Shown piece after piece: positions 37,478-47,397 of a DNA stretch of 61,958 nucleotides. The translations under genes were made by a program, and so were the position numbers. The notes below the pieces were generated by a model. That model searched no databases. It was not told where the DNA came from and was given only the letters and a program-made list of their open reading frames with translations. Each line of letters begins with the position of its first letter. The first letter of the stretch is position 1. The DNA comes from a candidate division Zixibacteria bacterium SM23_73_2 (GTDB lineage Bacteria > Zixibacteria > MSB-5A5 > SM23-73-2): positions 1 to 61,958 of the forward strand of contig LJUW01000001.1 in NCBI GenBank assembly GCA_001304315.1, given 5' to 3'.

Positions 37478-38517
37478 CTTTTTCTCTTTAAAACCTGAGC
37501 AGCTTTTTGAAAAACTGCTTCCTCGTTGATTTTCTCCATACAATCGTAATGGGGGCATTTTTTAAGCCTGCATTTAAGACAGGGACCCAGAGGAGGTAAA
37601 AGAACTTCGCTCTCGTTTCCCAAAGGACCCCATCTTTTGGCAGAAGCGACGAAAACAGGTGAGAACAGTGCCACCACCGGAGTTCCCAACGCCCTGGCTA
37701 TGTGCATGGGACCGGTGGAAGACGATATCAGAAGATCCGCGCGATTCAAAACCGCTGCCAGCTTTCTCAGATCCGTTTTTCCCACCAGGCTCAAAGGCTT
37801 TATTTTCATCTGGGAATTCAATCTCATCTCCAAGATTTTCTCCTTTTCCTCGCCGGTGATTATGATTTTGGCTTTTAGTCTTCCAATGATATTATCGGCA
37901 ACTTTCCCGTACTTCTCTGGAGGGTAATTCAGGCTCGAATTTCCGCTTCCGGGATGAACTATCACCACCACGTCTTCTTTTCTAATACCCAAATTCAAAA
38001 ACTCTGATTCAGCCCACTTTTTCTCCGATTCTTTTAAGAATATTTTGGGATGTACTTTTTTAAAGGAGACTCCAAGAGGTGAAAGCATTTCCAGATTATA
38101 TTCCAGCTCGTGCTTTTCCACGGTCTTTCGATGCTGGTATACTTTGTAATTGAAAAATATCTGGTAGGCTCGGTAAGCAGTTCCAATTCTGACCCTTATC
38201 CTTGACAAAAAAAGCAACAGTGCCAAAGGCAAAGTTGGGTGAATCAGTACCGCCGTATCAAATCTTTTATCCTTTAAAAATTTCCTGAATTTGAAAAAAC
38301 TTCTCAATCCTTTATATTCGTAACAGATAACCCCATCCACGAAAGGATTGTTCTCCAGGACATCTCTGGCATAGGGTGAGACCAAAAAAGTAATCCTGGT
38401 ATGGGGATATACCTGTTTTATTGCCTCAGCTAAAGGAAGGGATAAAATCAGATCACCGATTCTGTCAGTACGGACTAAAAGAATTTTTTCCGTGCCTTTA
38501 AGTTTTGCTTTCCTCAT
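37474..38517 (-). CDS. Glycosyltransferase family 9 (heptosyltransferase-like)
   Basis: RTDRIGDLIL, HPGSG, SSSTGPMHIARALGTP. Confidence 0.9.
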   Translation of the reverse strand: MRKAKLKGTEKILLVRTDRIGDLILSLPLAEAIKQVYPHTRITFLVSPYARDVLENNPFVDGVICYEYKGLRSFFKFRKFLKDKRFDTAVLIHPTLPLALLLFLSRIRVRIGTAYRAYQIFFNYKVYQHRKTVEKHELEYNLEMLSPLGVSFKKVHPKIFLKESEKKWAESEFLNLGIRKEDVVVIVHPGSGNSSLNYPPEKYGKVADNIIGRLKAKIIITGEEKEKILEMRLNSQMKIKPLSLVGKTDLRKLAAVLNRADLLISSSTGPMHIARALGTPVVALFSPVFVASAKRWGPLGNESEVLLPPLGPCLKCRLKKCPHYDCMEKINEEAVFQKAAQVLKRKR

Positions 38518-38669
38518 GTTCTCCGATCAGGTCAAAGATGACAAAAGGTTTCTACTGAAAAACCGTGGTAAAATATAAGACCATTTTATCCAGTTTTATT
38601 ATGTATCTTTTTCAATTGAAAGATATCAAATATCTCCTTACCAATCAAGACAAATCTTGTGGTAAAATA

Positions 38670-39422
38670 CTAACCTTTGATCCTCTGAAGATCCCAGAGC
38701 TTTGTGTATTTGATGAAAACTTGGAAAGAGGATAAAACTGCGAGGAGAAAACCGTGTGTTCCGTCCAAAAATCCTTTTTTCAAAAAAAACCTTTTAAAGA
38801 AAACACCTAAAGGATGAAACACCAAATCCCAAAAAACTACTTTTCTTTTCTCTTGGAAAAGCTGTTTTGCGCTCAAGGTGGTGTAGAAATCCAATTTGGA
38901 AAGGTAACTATTTATATCCGGATCAGTATAATGTAGCATAGGATTTTTAAGATAATCCAATCTTCCGGAAACTTTCACTTTTTCGTGAACCAAAGCCTGA
39001 TCGAATCTACCTTTAGTTTTTTTAAAAAGCCTTAAAACGTAATCCGGATACCAGCCAGAATGATTCATCCACCTGCCCAGGAAGTTCGATCTTCTGGGAA
39101 TATAAAAACCATCGCATCCCTGGTCTTTTTTTATAGCTTTCGAAATCTCACTTTTTAATTCGGGGGGTATCACCTCATCGCAATCAATTGAAAGTATCCA
39201 CTCAAAACTTGCTTTTTGACGAGCGAATTCTTTCTTTTTGCCAAAACCCTCCCATTTAACATCATATATTTTATCGGTGAAATTCGATGCGATCCTCTTG
39301 GTGTCATCCTGGCTGTAGGAATCGACCACCACGATCTCATCGGTCCAGGTTAAACTCTCAAGACATCGAAAAAGACAATCCTGTGAATTATATACTATCA
39401 CCACTGCGGAGATCTTATCCAT
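38670..39422 (-). CDS. Glycosyltransferase family 2 (KdtX/WaaE-like)
   Basis: IVVVDSYSQD, WILSIDCDE, GWYPDYVLRLF, VHE, GFLDG. Confidence 0.9.
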   Translation of the reverse strand: MDKISAVVIVYNSQDCLFRCLESLTWTDEIVVVDSYSQDDTKRIASNFTDKIYDVKWEGFGKKKEFARQKASFEWILSIDCDEVIPPELKSEISKAIKKDQGCDGFYIPRRSNFLGRWMNHSGWYPDYVLRLFKKTKGRFDQALVHEKVKVSGRLDYLKNPMLHYTDPDINSYLSKLDFYTTLSAKQLFQEKRKVVFWDLVFHPLGVFFKRFFLKKGFLDGTHGFLLAVLSSFQVFIKYTKLWDLQRIKG

Positions 39423-40575
39423 TTTCTATACCCTTATCTTTCAGCACCTGATGGTAAACCTCCTCGGTCCGGGAAGCGAAATCGTCGAGATTGTATTTTT
39501 TCTCCACCATCTTCCTGCCCGCCCTGCCGTAATCTTTTCTTTCGGTTTCATTCTCCGTTAATTCAAGGATTGCTCTTCCCAAAGCCGTTTCATCTTCTGG
39601 AGGAACTAAAATTCCACTTTTTCTATCTTCAACCATCTCAGGAATTGCATTAACCCTGGTTCCCACCACCGGTTTTCCCATTGCCATATATTCTAAAGCC
39701 ACCCTGCAAACCATCTCCGAACCAACCGAAGAAATCACCCCGATGTCGAAAAGAGAGATGATTCCTCTTACATCCTCCACTTTGCCAACCAGGATAAAAT
39801 TATCCGACATACCTAATCTGTGGATGATGTTTTCCAAAAAATTAAACTTTATCTGAGCATTCTCTCCAGCGATTAAGAATTTTATTTTCTTTGAAGAATT
39901 TTTTAAAACGTGGGAAGCGGCTTTTATAAAATACTCGTGTCCTTTTACCGGCGAAAGCCTCCCCACTATCCCCACGACCACACAATCGTCATCCAGTTTT
40001 AGCTTATCTTTCCATTTTTTACTTTTGGGTTGAGGGGAAAAGAACTCTTTGTCTATGCCCGGAGCAATTGTTTTCACCTTCTCTTTGGGAATTTTGAGAT
40101 CATACAGGTAGCTTTCCTTTAAAACCTCAGAGGTAATTATGATCTTGTCGGTTAAGCTGTTATTAAGATATCTATTGAAAAAATTGTTTTTAGGATTTCT
40201 GACATCCCCTCTGGTCCTTATCACCCCAACTTTCTTTTTACCCAGATAAGATAAAAGGGAGGATAAAAGATGGGTTTCGGAGCGATGGGCGTTTATCACA
40301 TCTATCTTCTCTTTCTCTAAAAGTTCAGCTAACCTTTTTAAATTATAAACGAAAGTAAATGGTTCGACTTTGGAAAGCCACAGCTTAAAATAGGTTTCAA
40401 GACCCAACTTTTGAGCCTCCGTTGCCGGGGGGCTTCCCGGATCACCACCAACTATGATCCTGTGTCCCCTTCTCTTTAAAGCACAGGATAAGGTAACCGC
40501 ATACCAGGCACAGGCGTTATACCATCTCACGTTAACCAGTTCTAAAATCGTAAGCTTTTTTAAGCTTTCTTTCAT
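39415..40575 (-). CDS. Glycosyltransferase family 4
   Basis: GIVGRLSPVKGH, SE...RVALEYMAMGKPVVGT. Likely start ATG at 40575. Confidence 0.9.
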   Translation of the reverse strand: MKESLKKLTILELVNVRWYNACAWYAVTLSCALKRRGHRIIVGGDPGSPPATEAQKLGLETYFKLWLSKVEPFTFVYNLKRLAELLEKEKIDVINAHRSETHLLSSLLSYLGKKKVGVIRTRGDVRNPKNNFFNRYLNNSLTDKIIITSEVLKESYLYDLKIPKEKVKTIAPGIDKEFFSPQPKSKKWKDKLKLDDDCVVVGIVGRLSPVKGHEYFIKAASHVLKNSSKKIKFLIAGENAQIKFNFLENIIHRLGMSDNFILVGKVEDVRGIISLFDIGVISSVGSEMVCRVALEYMAMGKPVVGTRVNAIPEMVEDRKSGILVPPEDETALGRAILELTENETERKDYGRAGRKMVEKKYNLDDFASRTEEVYHQVLKDKGIENG

Positions 40576-41602
40576 CAAGGTTATCTTTTAAGAACTCCTC
40601 CAGCTTTTCTTTCACGGAATCAACCTGAATCGAATCCAGGCAGCTCGGCTCTTTGCACCTGTGCTTAATCCTCTCACAATCCTTGCACAGACTCTCAGCC
40701 TGAATCCACCTGTGTCTTCTTTCATCCGGATAAGTCCAGCTGATATGACTGTTAGGTCCAAAGATGGTCAAGGTTGGAGTATCCACCGCAACCGCAACGT
40801 GTTTGGTTCCGTTATCGTTGCCCAGATGCAGGTCGCATCTTTGGAGTATGGCTCCCAGCTCCTGCAAGGTTGGGGTGAGAGGAGAAATTGTAAGTTCACT
40901 TTTTGAAAGGTGGTTCAGCCTATCAACAACCGTCCTCTCTCCTGGTCCCCAGACCAAGATTATCTTGACTTTATATTTTGAAACCAGAAAATCACAAACC
41001 GAAGCATACCTTTCCAAACTCCAGCGGTTGAAATCACGTCTGGAGGTAGGTGAAACAGAAATCACCAAATCGGTTTGTCCGATGTCTTTCTTTTTGAAAA
41101 AATCTTTTGCGAAATTCTTGGCTTTATCCGAAAGGAAAAAATCCAAGGAAACGTCGGTGGTCCTGATGCCCAATACCTCCAATCCGTCCAATCTCGATTG
41201 CGCAGCATATCTTGGGCTTTGATCCTTTTTCATTTTCAAATTATAGAGATGACTTCTGACCCCAAGATCCGGACCTAACCTGTGGGAAGCACCGCTTGAA
41301 AAACAAATCCAGGCTGACCGGGGATTCCCGAAGAAATCTATTGCCAAATCAAAAGACCTTCTCCTGATATTATGGATTTGCTTGAGCATATAAAAAGGAT
41401 CTTTGTATCTTTCCTTATCAAAAACGATCAGCTCATCAAGGTTAGGATTTCCCCAGAGCAATGATTCTGATTCTTTTTCCGTTAGGAAAGCTATATGACT
41501 TTCGGGAAATCTCATTCTTAGAGCTCTCAAGGCCGGGGTGCACATCATAACATCCCCCACTCTCCTTAGCTGGGTTACCAGAATTCTGTCAGGATTGATC
41601 AT
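40532..41602 (-). CDS. Glycosyltransferase family 9
   Basis: QLRRVGDVMM, GNDNGTKHVAVAVDTPTLTIFGP. Confidence 0.9.
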   Translation of the reverse strand: MINPDRILVTQLRRVGDVMMCTPALRALRMRFPESHIAFLTEKESESLLWGNPNLDELIVFDKERYKDPFYMLKQIHNIRRRSFDLAIDFFGNPRSAWICFSSGASHRLGPDLGVRSHLYNLKMKKDQSPRYAAQSRLDGLEVLGIRTTDVSLDFFLSDKAKNFAKDFFKKKDIGQTDLVISVSPTSRRDFNRWSLERYASVCDFLVSKYKVKIILVWGPGERTVVDRLNHLSKSELTISPLTPTLQELGAILQRCDLHLGNDNGTKHVAVAVDTPTLTIFGPNSHISWTYPDERRHRWIQAESLCKDCERIKHRCKEPSCLDSIQVDSVKEKLEEFLKDNLDERKLKKAYDFRTG

Positions 41603-41628
41603 AAGACCTTGAATAAATACTTCTTCGC

Positions 41629-41654
41629 GTAGGGGCGGAGTTCAACTCCGCCCT
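41629..41654 (+). repeat. GTAG-type REP, left flank of the RAYT
   Basis: GTAG-GGGCGGAGTT-c-AACTCCGCCC-T; contains the RAYT stop codon. Confidence 0.88.
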
Positions 41655-42088
41655 AACAGTTCTCTCTTAAAGGGATTGTTCAATATATACCTTTTTTTCT
41701 CAAGATAATCTTTTTCATTTCTAATTACATGATCGTAAAAACTTCTTTGCCAGAATTTCTCAGGTGCGTTAAGTTTATTTCTGAAATCTTTTGTAATCAA
41801 AGATTTGAAATATTGAATAATAGCTGACAAGCTGATTCTTTTAGTTCGATTCAAGATAATTATCAGGTGGATATGATCAGGTATAATTGCAAAACAATCA
41901 ACTAAAAATTTATATCTATTTTCAAGATCGACTATTTGTCTGGTAATGATTTTTTTTGCCTTTTCAGTCTCGAAATATTTACTCTTTCTCTTACAATTTA
42001 TTGTAACGAAATAATACCCCTCTTTTGTATAATCAAAATCCTTTAACCTGAGCGAATTCTTTCTTCTTCTAATCTTACTTATGCACAT
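41642..42088 (-). mobile_element. REP-associated tyrosine transposase (RAYT/TnpA-REP, Y1 HUH family)
   Basis: RLKDFDY..EGYYFVT, PDHIH (HUH), FKS, FWQRSFYDHVIR, YILNNP (catalytic Tyr). AT-rich and flanked by inverted REPs. Confidence 0.92.
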
Positions 42089-42103
42089 TAATTAAAATCA
42101 ATA

Positions 42104-42131
42104 GTTGGGTGGAGTTAAGCTCCACCCCTAC
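42104..42131 (-). repeat. GTAG-type REP, right flank of the RAYT
   Basis: Minus strand GTAG-GGGTGGAG-cttaa-CTCCACCC-AAC, an inverted homolog of the left REP. Confidence 0.88.
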
Positions 42132-42171
42132 GCTTTTATTTGCTGATTATTTTCATTCATTATATTAAAAT

Positions 42172-44022
42172 CTACAACTTAAACTGCATCTGATAAAGAT
42201 TTTTGTACAGACCCTCCCTCTGGATTAGGTCCAGGTGATCTCCCATCTGAACTATTTTACCTTTATCCATTACAACTATCTTATCTGCGTTCTTAACCGT
42301 GGACAAACGATGGGCGATGACAAAGGTGGTTCTGTCCTTTATCAACCTGTCGATCGCCTCCTGAACCAACTTCTCCGATTCCGAGTCTAAAGCCGAGGTG
42401 GCTTCGTCGAAAATCAAAATCTGAGGGTCTTTGAAAATCGCCCGGGCAATAGCCAATCTCTGCCGCTCTCCACCTGAAAGCTTGACCCCTCTGTCTCCAA
42501 TCAAGGTTTGATAACCATCGGACATTCTCAAAATAAAGTCATGAGCGTTAGCTGTCTTAGCTGCTGAATGAACCTTTTCGTTCTCTGCCCCGTTATAACC
42601 ATATGCGATATTGTTCCAAACCGTGTCGTTGAAGAGAATGGTCTCCTGGGTAACGATTCCCAGGTTATTGCGAAGCGAGATTATATCCAACAGCTTTAAA
42701 TCCACACCATCGATCTTTATTCCGCCCCTGGTCGGATCGTAAAATCTTGCCAGAAGATCCACCAGGGTCGATTTACCCGCACCGGAGGGACCAACTAAAG
42801 CTATGATCTCTCCATTTTTCACCTCCAGGTTAATCCGGTGTAAAACCTCCTTTTTGCCATCATAGGAAAAGCAAACATCTGTGAATTCGATTTTATTTTT
42901 GAATCCATCCAGGAAAATTGGACGGGGAGGTGATTTGATTTTTGGCTCGGTATCCAGAATATCAAAAATCCTCTTTGCCGCAGCCAAACCCTGCTGTATC
43001 TCTATATTGGTCTGGGAAACCTTTTTTATCGGATCCATAAGTGAAAACATGGCAAAGAGAAAAAGGAAGAACCTCTCCGGCGTTACCCCCCCTCCCTCCA
43101 GAATGCTTTTTCCTCCAAACCAGAGGATCAAAACCCCAACCACAACACCCAGGTATTCAGTTAAAGGAGGTCCCAGAGAGCCTATCCTTATTAGCTTCAC
43201 CATAGTCTTGAAGTAATCCTTGGTCGCATCCATGAATTTCTTTATCTCGAATCTCTCCATGGCAAAAGCCTTCACCACCCTTATTCCTGAGACCGTCTCC
43301 TGAAGTACCGAGGTCATAGTCCCCATTTTTGTCTGGACCAGAATGCTTTTGACCCTGAGTTTCATCGCCAGCTTGTTTATCAAAAAAAGGCTGGGAGGCA
43401 GAACAACAAAAGCCAGAAGTGCAAGTTTCCAAGCTGCCCAGAATACTAAAAATAAAAATACCAGAACCAGAAAACTCTGTCTTAAAAGCATGGCGAATCC
43501 GTTACCCACTGCACCTCTTACCAGGTTAATGTCGTTGGTTATCCTGGAGATCAAAACTCCGGTTTTCTTTCCATGAAAAAACTCCAGAGGTAGATTATGG
43601 TAATGGGAGTAAAGCCTGTTTCTTATGTCCATAATTACCCCCTCTTCTGCTTTAACTACCAAAAAACTTTGACAATACCAGAAGACATTTTTAAAGAAGA
43701 ACACGATTAATATAATGATACACAATCTTTTAAGTGTATCCACTTTAGTACTTCCTTTAAGGATACTGTCAGCTTTATCCTCAAGATATTTTGGAAGCAG
43801 AACCACCAAGCTTTCCGATTCTTTAGAGATCGGATCTTTTCCTTCGGTTTGTCTCTGGTCAATCACTTCCTTTTCAGGATAAAAAACCACCTTGGTAAAA
43901 GGCACGATCATAGTAACCGAGAATCCGCTCATCCCCGCATACAAAGCCATAAATAATATGGCGGGAATAAGATATCTCAAATGGGGCTTAAGAAATTTTA
44001 AGAGTCTAAAATAGAGCTTCAT
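42172..44022 (-). CDS. msbA: Lipid A-core flippase-type ABC transporter (MsbA-like)
   Basis: TMD plus NBD: GPSGAGKS, LSGGERQRLAIARA, IFDEATSALD, IAHRLST; sits in the LPS cluster. Confidence 0.85.
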   Translation of the reverse strand: MKLYFRLLKFLKPHLRYLIPAILFMALYAGMSGFSVTMIVPFTKVVFYPEKEVIDQRQTEGKDPISKESESLVVLLPKYLEDKADSILKGSTKVDTLKRLCIIILIVFFFKNVFWYCQSFLVVKAEEGVIMDIRNRLYSHYHNLPLEFFHGKKTGVLISRITNDINLVRGAVGNGFAMLLRQSFLVLVFLFLVFWAAWKLALLAFVVLPPSLFLINKLAMKLRVKSILVQTKMGTMTSVLQETVSGIRVVKAFAMERFEIKKFMDATKDYFKTMVKLIRIGSLGPPLTEYLGVVVGVLILWFGGKSILEGGGVTPERFFLFLFAMFSLMDPIKKVSQTNIEIQQGLAAAKRIFDILDTEPKIKSPPRPIFLDGFKNKIEFTDVCFSYDGKKEVLHRINLEVKNGEIIALVGPSGAGKSTLVDLLARFYDPTRGGIKIDGVDLKLLDIISLRNNLGIVTQETILFNDTVWNNIAYGYNGAENEKVHSAAKTANAHDFILRMSDGYQTLIGDRGVKLSGGERQRLAIARAIFKDPQILIFDEATSALDSESEKLVQEAIDRLIKDRTTFVIAHRLSTVKNADKIVVMDKGKIVQMGDHLDLIQREGLYKNLYQMQFKL

Positions 44023-44042
44023 TTGATACTTCTCAATTTAGA

Positions 44043-45209
44043 TTAAACCTTTCCCCTTCCCTCTCCTTTATAAGGAGAGGGTACTGGTGAGGTTTTATCA
44101 AAAAGATCTCTGAAGGATTTAAAGTTTTTATCCTCGTTGGGCAAAGATATAACAAAATCGTGCAACTTTTCTTTTACCCTTTCAACCGAAACCTCCCCCT
44201 CCTCACCCACGATGATTTTATGTTTTTCTCCCCAGGGCCCGTACTTAACCGGATCGGAATCGAGGAAAATCGCAAAAGTTGGAGTTCCAACCGCAGCTGA
44301 GAGATGCATCACCCCTGAGTCCGAGGAGATGAAAAGATCTGTCCTTCTAATCAGAGCTGCTAAGGTCGGCAAGGGAAAAAGATCAGCTAAAATGATATTT
44401 CCCCCCAGTATCAAATCTTTAACTAAAGCTTTCTCCTCGGGTCCCCAGATGAGAATAACCTTAAAGTTAAACTCTTTAACCAAAAAGTCTGCCAACCTAA
44501 AAAAGTTTTGCCCTCCCCACCTTTTCTTACCTCTTCCACCCAGATTAATACCCACAAGAAAATCTTTATCATTTACACCCTTACCAGCCAGATAATCCAG
44601 AACAAGCTTTTCGCTATCAACTGAAATATCCACCGACAACTGGTGGATGGGAACCTCTCCGAAAAGAAAACGCAAAAGTTCCAAATGCATATCCACCGCA
44701 TGTTTTGGCTCCTTTTTTATGGGAGCCTCGATATTTAAGAAATTCTCGGAGCCTTCCTTTTTATACCCCACTCTGTATTTCGCTCCACTCAAGGCTGTGT
44801 ACAGAAAATTGTTTGCTGAGATCTGATTCTCATCTGATAGATCGAAACACAGATCGAATTTCTCCTCTCTGATCATATTTACCATCTTCAGTAAAGAAAA
44901 AGGCCAGAATATATACCTCTTCTTATTAACTGCAAATATCCCCTCCACCACCGAATAATTGGAAAAAAGCTCTCCGAAGGTTTTGGAGGCAAGGTAAAAG
45001 ATTCTGGCTTGGGGGAACAGGTCCTTCAAAGCCCAAAGAAACGGGGTGGTCAAAATCAGATTCCCGATCCTTTCATCCTGGCGAACAACCAGTATTTTCT
45101 TTATCTTGGATAAATCGATATCCTCTTTTTGTTTTGGACTACTCTTCAGAAAAAATCCTGCGAGTCTGAAAAAAAATCTCTTAACTTTTCTTTCGAAGTA
45201 TTTCAGCAT
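44043..45209 (-). CDS. Glycosyltransferase family 9
   Basis: RQDERIGNLIL, SSDSGVMHLSAAVGTP. Confidence 0.9.
   Translation of the reverse strand: MLKYFERKVKRFFFRLAGFFLKSSPKQKEDIDLSKIKKILVVRQDERIGNLILTTPFLWALKDLFPQARIFYLASKTFGELFSNYSVVEGIFAVNKKRYIFWPFSLLKMVNMIREEKFDLCFDLSDENQISANNFLYTALSGAKYRVGYKKEGSENFLNIEAPIKKEPKHAVDMHLELLRFLFGEVPIHQLSVDISVDSEKLVLDYLAGKGVNDKDFLVGINLGGRGKKRWGGQNFFRLADFLVKEFNFKVILIWGPEEKALVKDLILGGNIILADLFPLPTLAALIRRTDLFISSDSGVMHLSAAVGTPTFAIFLDSDPVKYGPWGEKHKIIVGEEGEVSVERVKEKLHDFVISLPNEDKNFKSFRDLFDKTSPVPSPYKGEGRGKV
44047..44094. repeat. CCCTCTCC-type palindrome inside the 3' end of the GT9 gene
   Basis: Minus strand ACCTCACC-AGTA-CCCTCTCCTT-ata-AAGGAGAGGG-AAGGGGAAAGGT, translated as TSPVPSPYKGEGRGKV. 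Confidence 0.7.
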
Positions 45210-45271
45210 AAGTCTTTTAAATCCTATTAATAAATAAGTTTAATATACCAGATTTAAGTTGTCAATAGATT

Positions 45272-46036
45272 TTAACTTTCGAGACTGGAAGGGAGCTCTA
45301 TCTTAAATCTTTTATCCTCTAAATCCAGATTGAACTTCAATTTTTTGAATCTTACGTCTACCTCAAGACCGGACAAAGATTTTATCCTTATCCTCTCTGG
45401 ATAGTTGAAATCACCGAACCTATCGTGCCTCTCATATCTTATCAGGAAAGACTTTTGATCTTTCCTTTTGATCCAGAAGCTTTTTTTCAGCAAGGCTTTA
45501 TTCTGGTCAATCCAGAATTTTTTAATCCACTCATCCTCCTCCAAAATGTAAACCAGATATCTTCCCTCGGATTTTAAAAATCGGGTTTTTGGATCAGCCA
45601 GACCTGTTTTTCCAACGATAAAATAAAGCAAGGTTTTTAAATCGATTTCCCATTCCCAGTTTTCCCTTAAAAGCAAGCTGTCGTATGAACCCGAATAAAT
45701 TTGATTCTCATCCGGGCGAAAATAGATAAGGCTGTCGTTTCTGAAAACGAGTTTAATAAAATTTATACCCAGCCTGGATTTTAAATAGATGGCAAATTTG
45801 TCAGGTTTTTTGTGTAACAATTCTATGTTGGTTGAAAAACTATCTTTCTTTTCTTTGAACTCCACAGAAAATCTGGAGGCAAAGGTTTTAAGGTTTTCCT
45901 CATAGAAACAGGCTTTTTTTAAAACTTCCTCAGGATTTAACTTTTTAGGCAAGCTAATTTTTTTTGCTGGAAAGCAGCTCAGAAAAACTGAGAAGATTAA
46001 AAGAATTAAAGCATGTTTATAAAAAAGATTGCTCAT
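45272..46036 (-). CDS. Lipoprotein, LolA-like/DUF4292-like
   Basis: Lipobox FLSC; KPDKFAI, YPERIRI and LKFNLDL pattern typical of LolA-fold proteins. Confidence 0.6.
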   Translation of the reverse strand: MSNLFYKHALILLIFSVFLSCFPAKKISLPKKLNPEEVLKKACFYEENLKTFASRFSVEFKEKKDSFSTNIELLHKKPDKFAIYLKSRLGINFIKLVFRNDSLIYFRPDENQIYSGSYDSLLLRENWEWEIDLKTLLYFIVGKTGLADPKTRFLKSEGRYLVYILEEDEWIKKFWIDQNKALLKKSFWIKRKDQKSFLIRYERHDRFGDFNYPERIRIKSLSGLEVDVRFKKLKFNLDLEDKRFKIELPSSLES

Positions 46037-46123
46037 TTTTAAACTCAAATGGAGTGTAAAGATTCGGTTTAGGCGAAGATATTTTTGGCATTAAGTTCTA
46101 AAATAAAAACCTTTGATTCCTAT

Positions 46124-46783
46124 CTAAAAAAATCTTGCTAAATCCATCCCGGCAAAAATGATGCTGAAAAAGGAGACGAAAGGACCTATGAAAATCCAGA
46201 AAAAGTTAATTCTCAACATCCAGCTCATCATGACCAGAAATATCAAAAGGAAAGGGCCGAATCTCTCCAGCTGCAAAATCTGGGGTTCATATTCCTGTGG
46301 AAGCATTCCCATAAGTATCTTTGAGCCATCCAGAGGAGGAATGGGCAATAAATTGAATATGGCTAAAGCAATATTTATAACCAGTCCGAATACCAACATG
46401 TAGAAAAAAATGGTCAGGAAAGATGTCTTTGGATCCACCCCAGCTACAAATGGGCTTAAAAATCTTATGATAATGCCGCAGCCTAAAGCACATAAGATGT
46501 TCGATCCTGGTCCAGCCAAGGAGACCCACATCATATCTTTTCTCGGGTTTCTGAAATTAAAAGGATTGACCGGAACGGGTTTGGCCCAGCCGAAATGGAC
46601 TATAAAAAGCATAAGGGTGCCAATGGGATCGAGATGGGAGAGGGGATTCAAGGTTAACCTTCCAGCATACTTGGCAGTCGGATCGCCCAATCGGTTTGCC
46701 ACCCATCCATGGGCAAACTCATGCACCGTTATGGCGAAAAGAATCGGTGGTGCCCAGATTAAAATTCCTGCTAAAGTATCCAT
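46124..46783 (-). CDS. Site-2 protease family (M50) membrane metalloprotease
   Basis: HEFAHG, GDPTA..GRLTLNP, AGPGSN, FNLLPIPPLDG. Confidence 0.93.
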   Translation of the reverse strand: MDTLAGILIWAPPILFAITVHEFAHGWVANRLGDPTAKYAGRLTLNPLSHLDPIGTLMLFIVHFGWAKPVPVNPFNFRNPRKDMMWVSLAGPGSNILCALGCGIIIRFLSPFVAGVDPKTSFLTIFFYMLVFGLVINIALAIFNLLPIPPLDGSKILMGMLPQEYEPQILQLERFGPFLLIFLVMMSWMLRINFFWIFIGPFVSFFSIIFAGMDLARFF

Positions 46784-46813
46784 CTTAAAGTTTCTTGCTA
46801 TTCTAAAAACACA

Positions 46814-47392
46814 CTACCTTTTAGATACGAATCCATTCTCAGGAATGTAAAACCTCCACTTTTTATCCTTTCCTTCATTTATACCGATTCGAGAAGCAGA
46901 AACTATTCTATCAGTTTTATCTTCTCTATCCTCCACCCAGATAAGATCAGAACAGAGATCAGCTCCATTCAAACTTTTATCTAATCCAAAGGCTATGCAT
47001 AGCTTTCCCGGACCATTGGTGAGATTTTCAATCTTTTTTGTTTTTCTTCTTTTAATCATCAAATCAACCCCCTCCTTCGGCTCCACTGCTCTGATCAGAA
47101 CAGCAGCAGGGAATCCCGCTTTTTCAGTGACGAAATTGAGACAGTAATACATACCGTAGGTTAGATAGATATAGGTGAATCCGGGCTTGCCGAACATCAA
47201 CCGGGTGCGCGGTGTTAATCCCCGGTAAGCATGGGAAGCCGGATCGTTTTTCCCGATATATGCTTCTGTTTCCACGATCTTCCCCGAAACTAACCTTCTC
47301 CCCTTTTTCACCACAAGATATTTTCCCAAAAGCTCTTTAGCCACCCTTAAAGTTGGTCTTTCAAAAAAACTTCTTCTCAGCTTCTTGCCCAT
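46814..47392 (-). CDS. DNA-3-methyladenine glycosylase (AAG/MPG family)
   Basis: IVETEAY, ASHAYRG.T.R, YIYLTYGMYYCLN, AVLIRA, GPGKL. Confidence 0.93.
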   Translation of the reverse strand: MGKKLRRSFFERPTLRVAKELLGKYLVVKKGRRLVSGKIVETEAYIGKNDPASHAYRGLTPRTRLMFGKPGFTYIYLTYGMYYCLNFVTEKAGFPAAVLIRAVEPKEGVDLMIKRRKTKKIENLTNGPGKLCIAFGLDKSLNGADLCSDLIWVEDREDKTDRIVSASRIGINEGKDKKWRFYIPENGFVSKR

Positions 47393-47397
47393 AAAAG

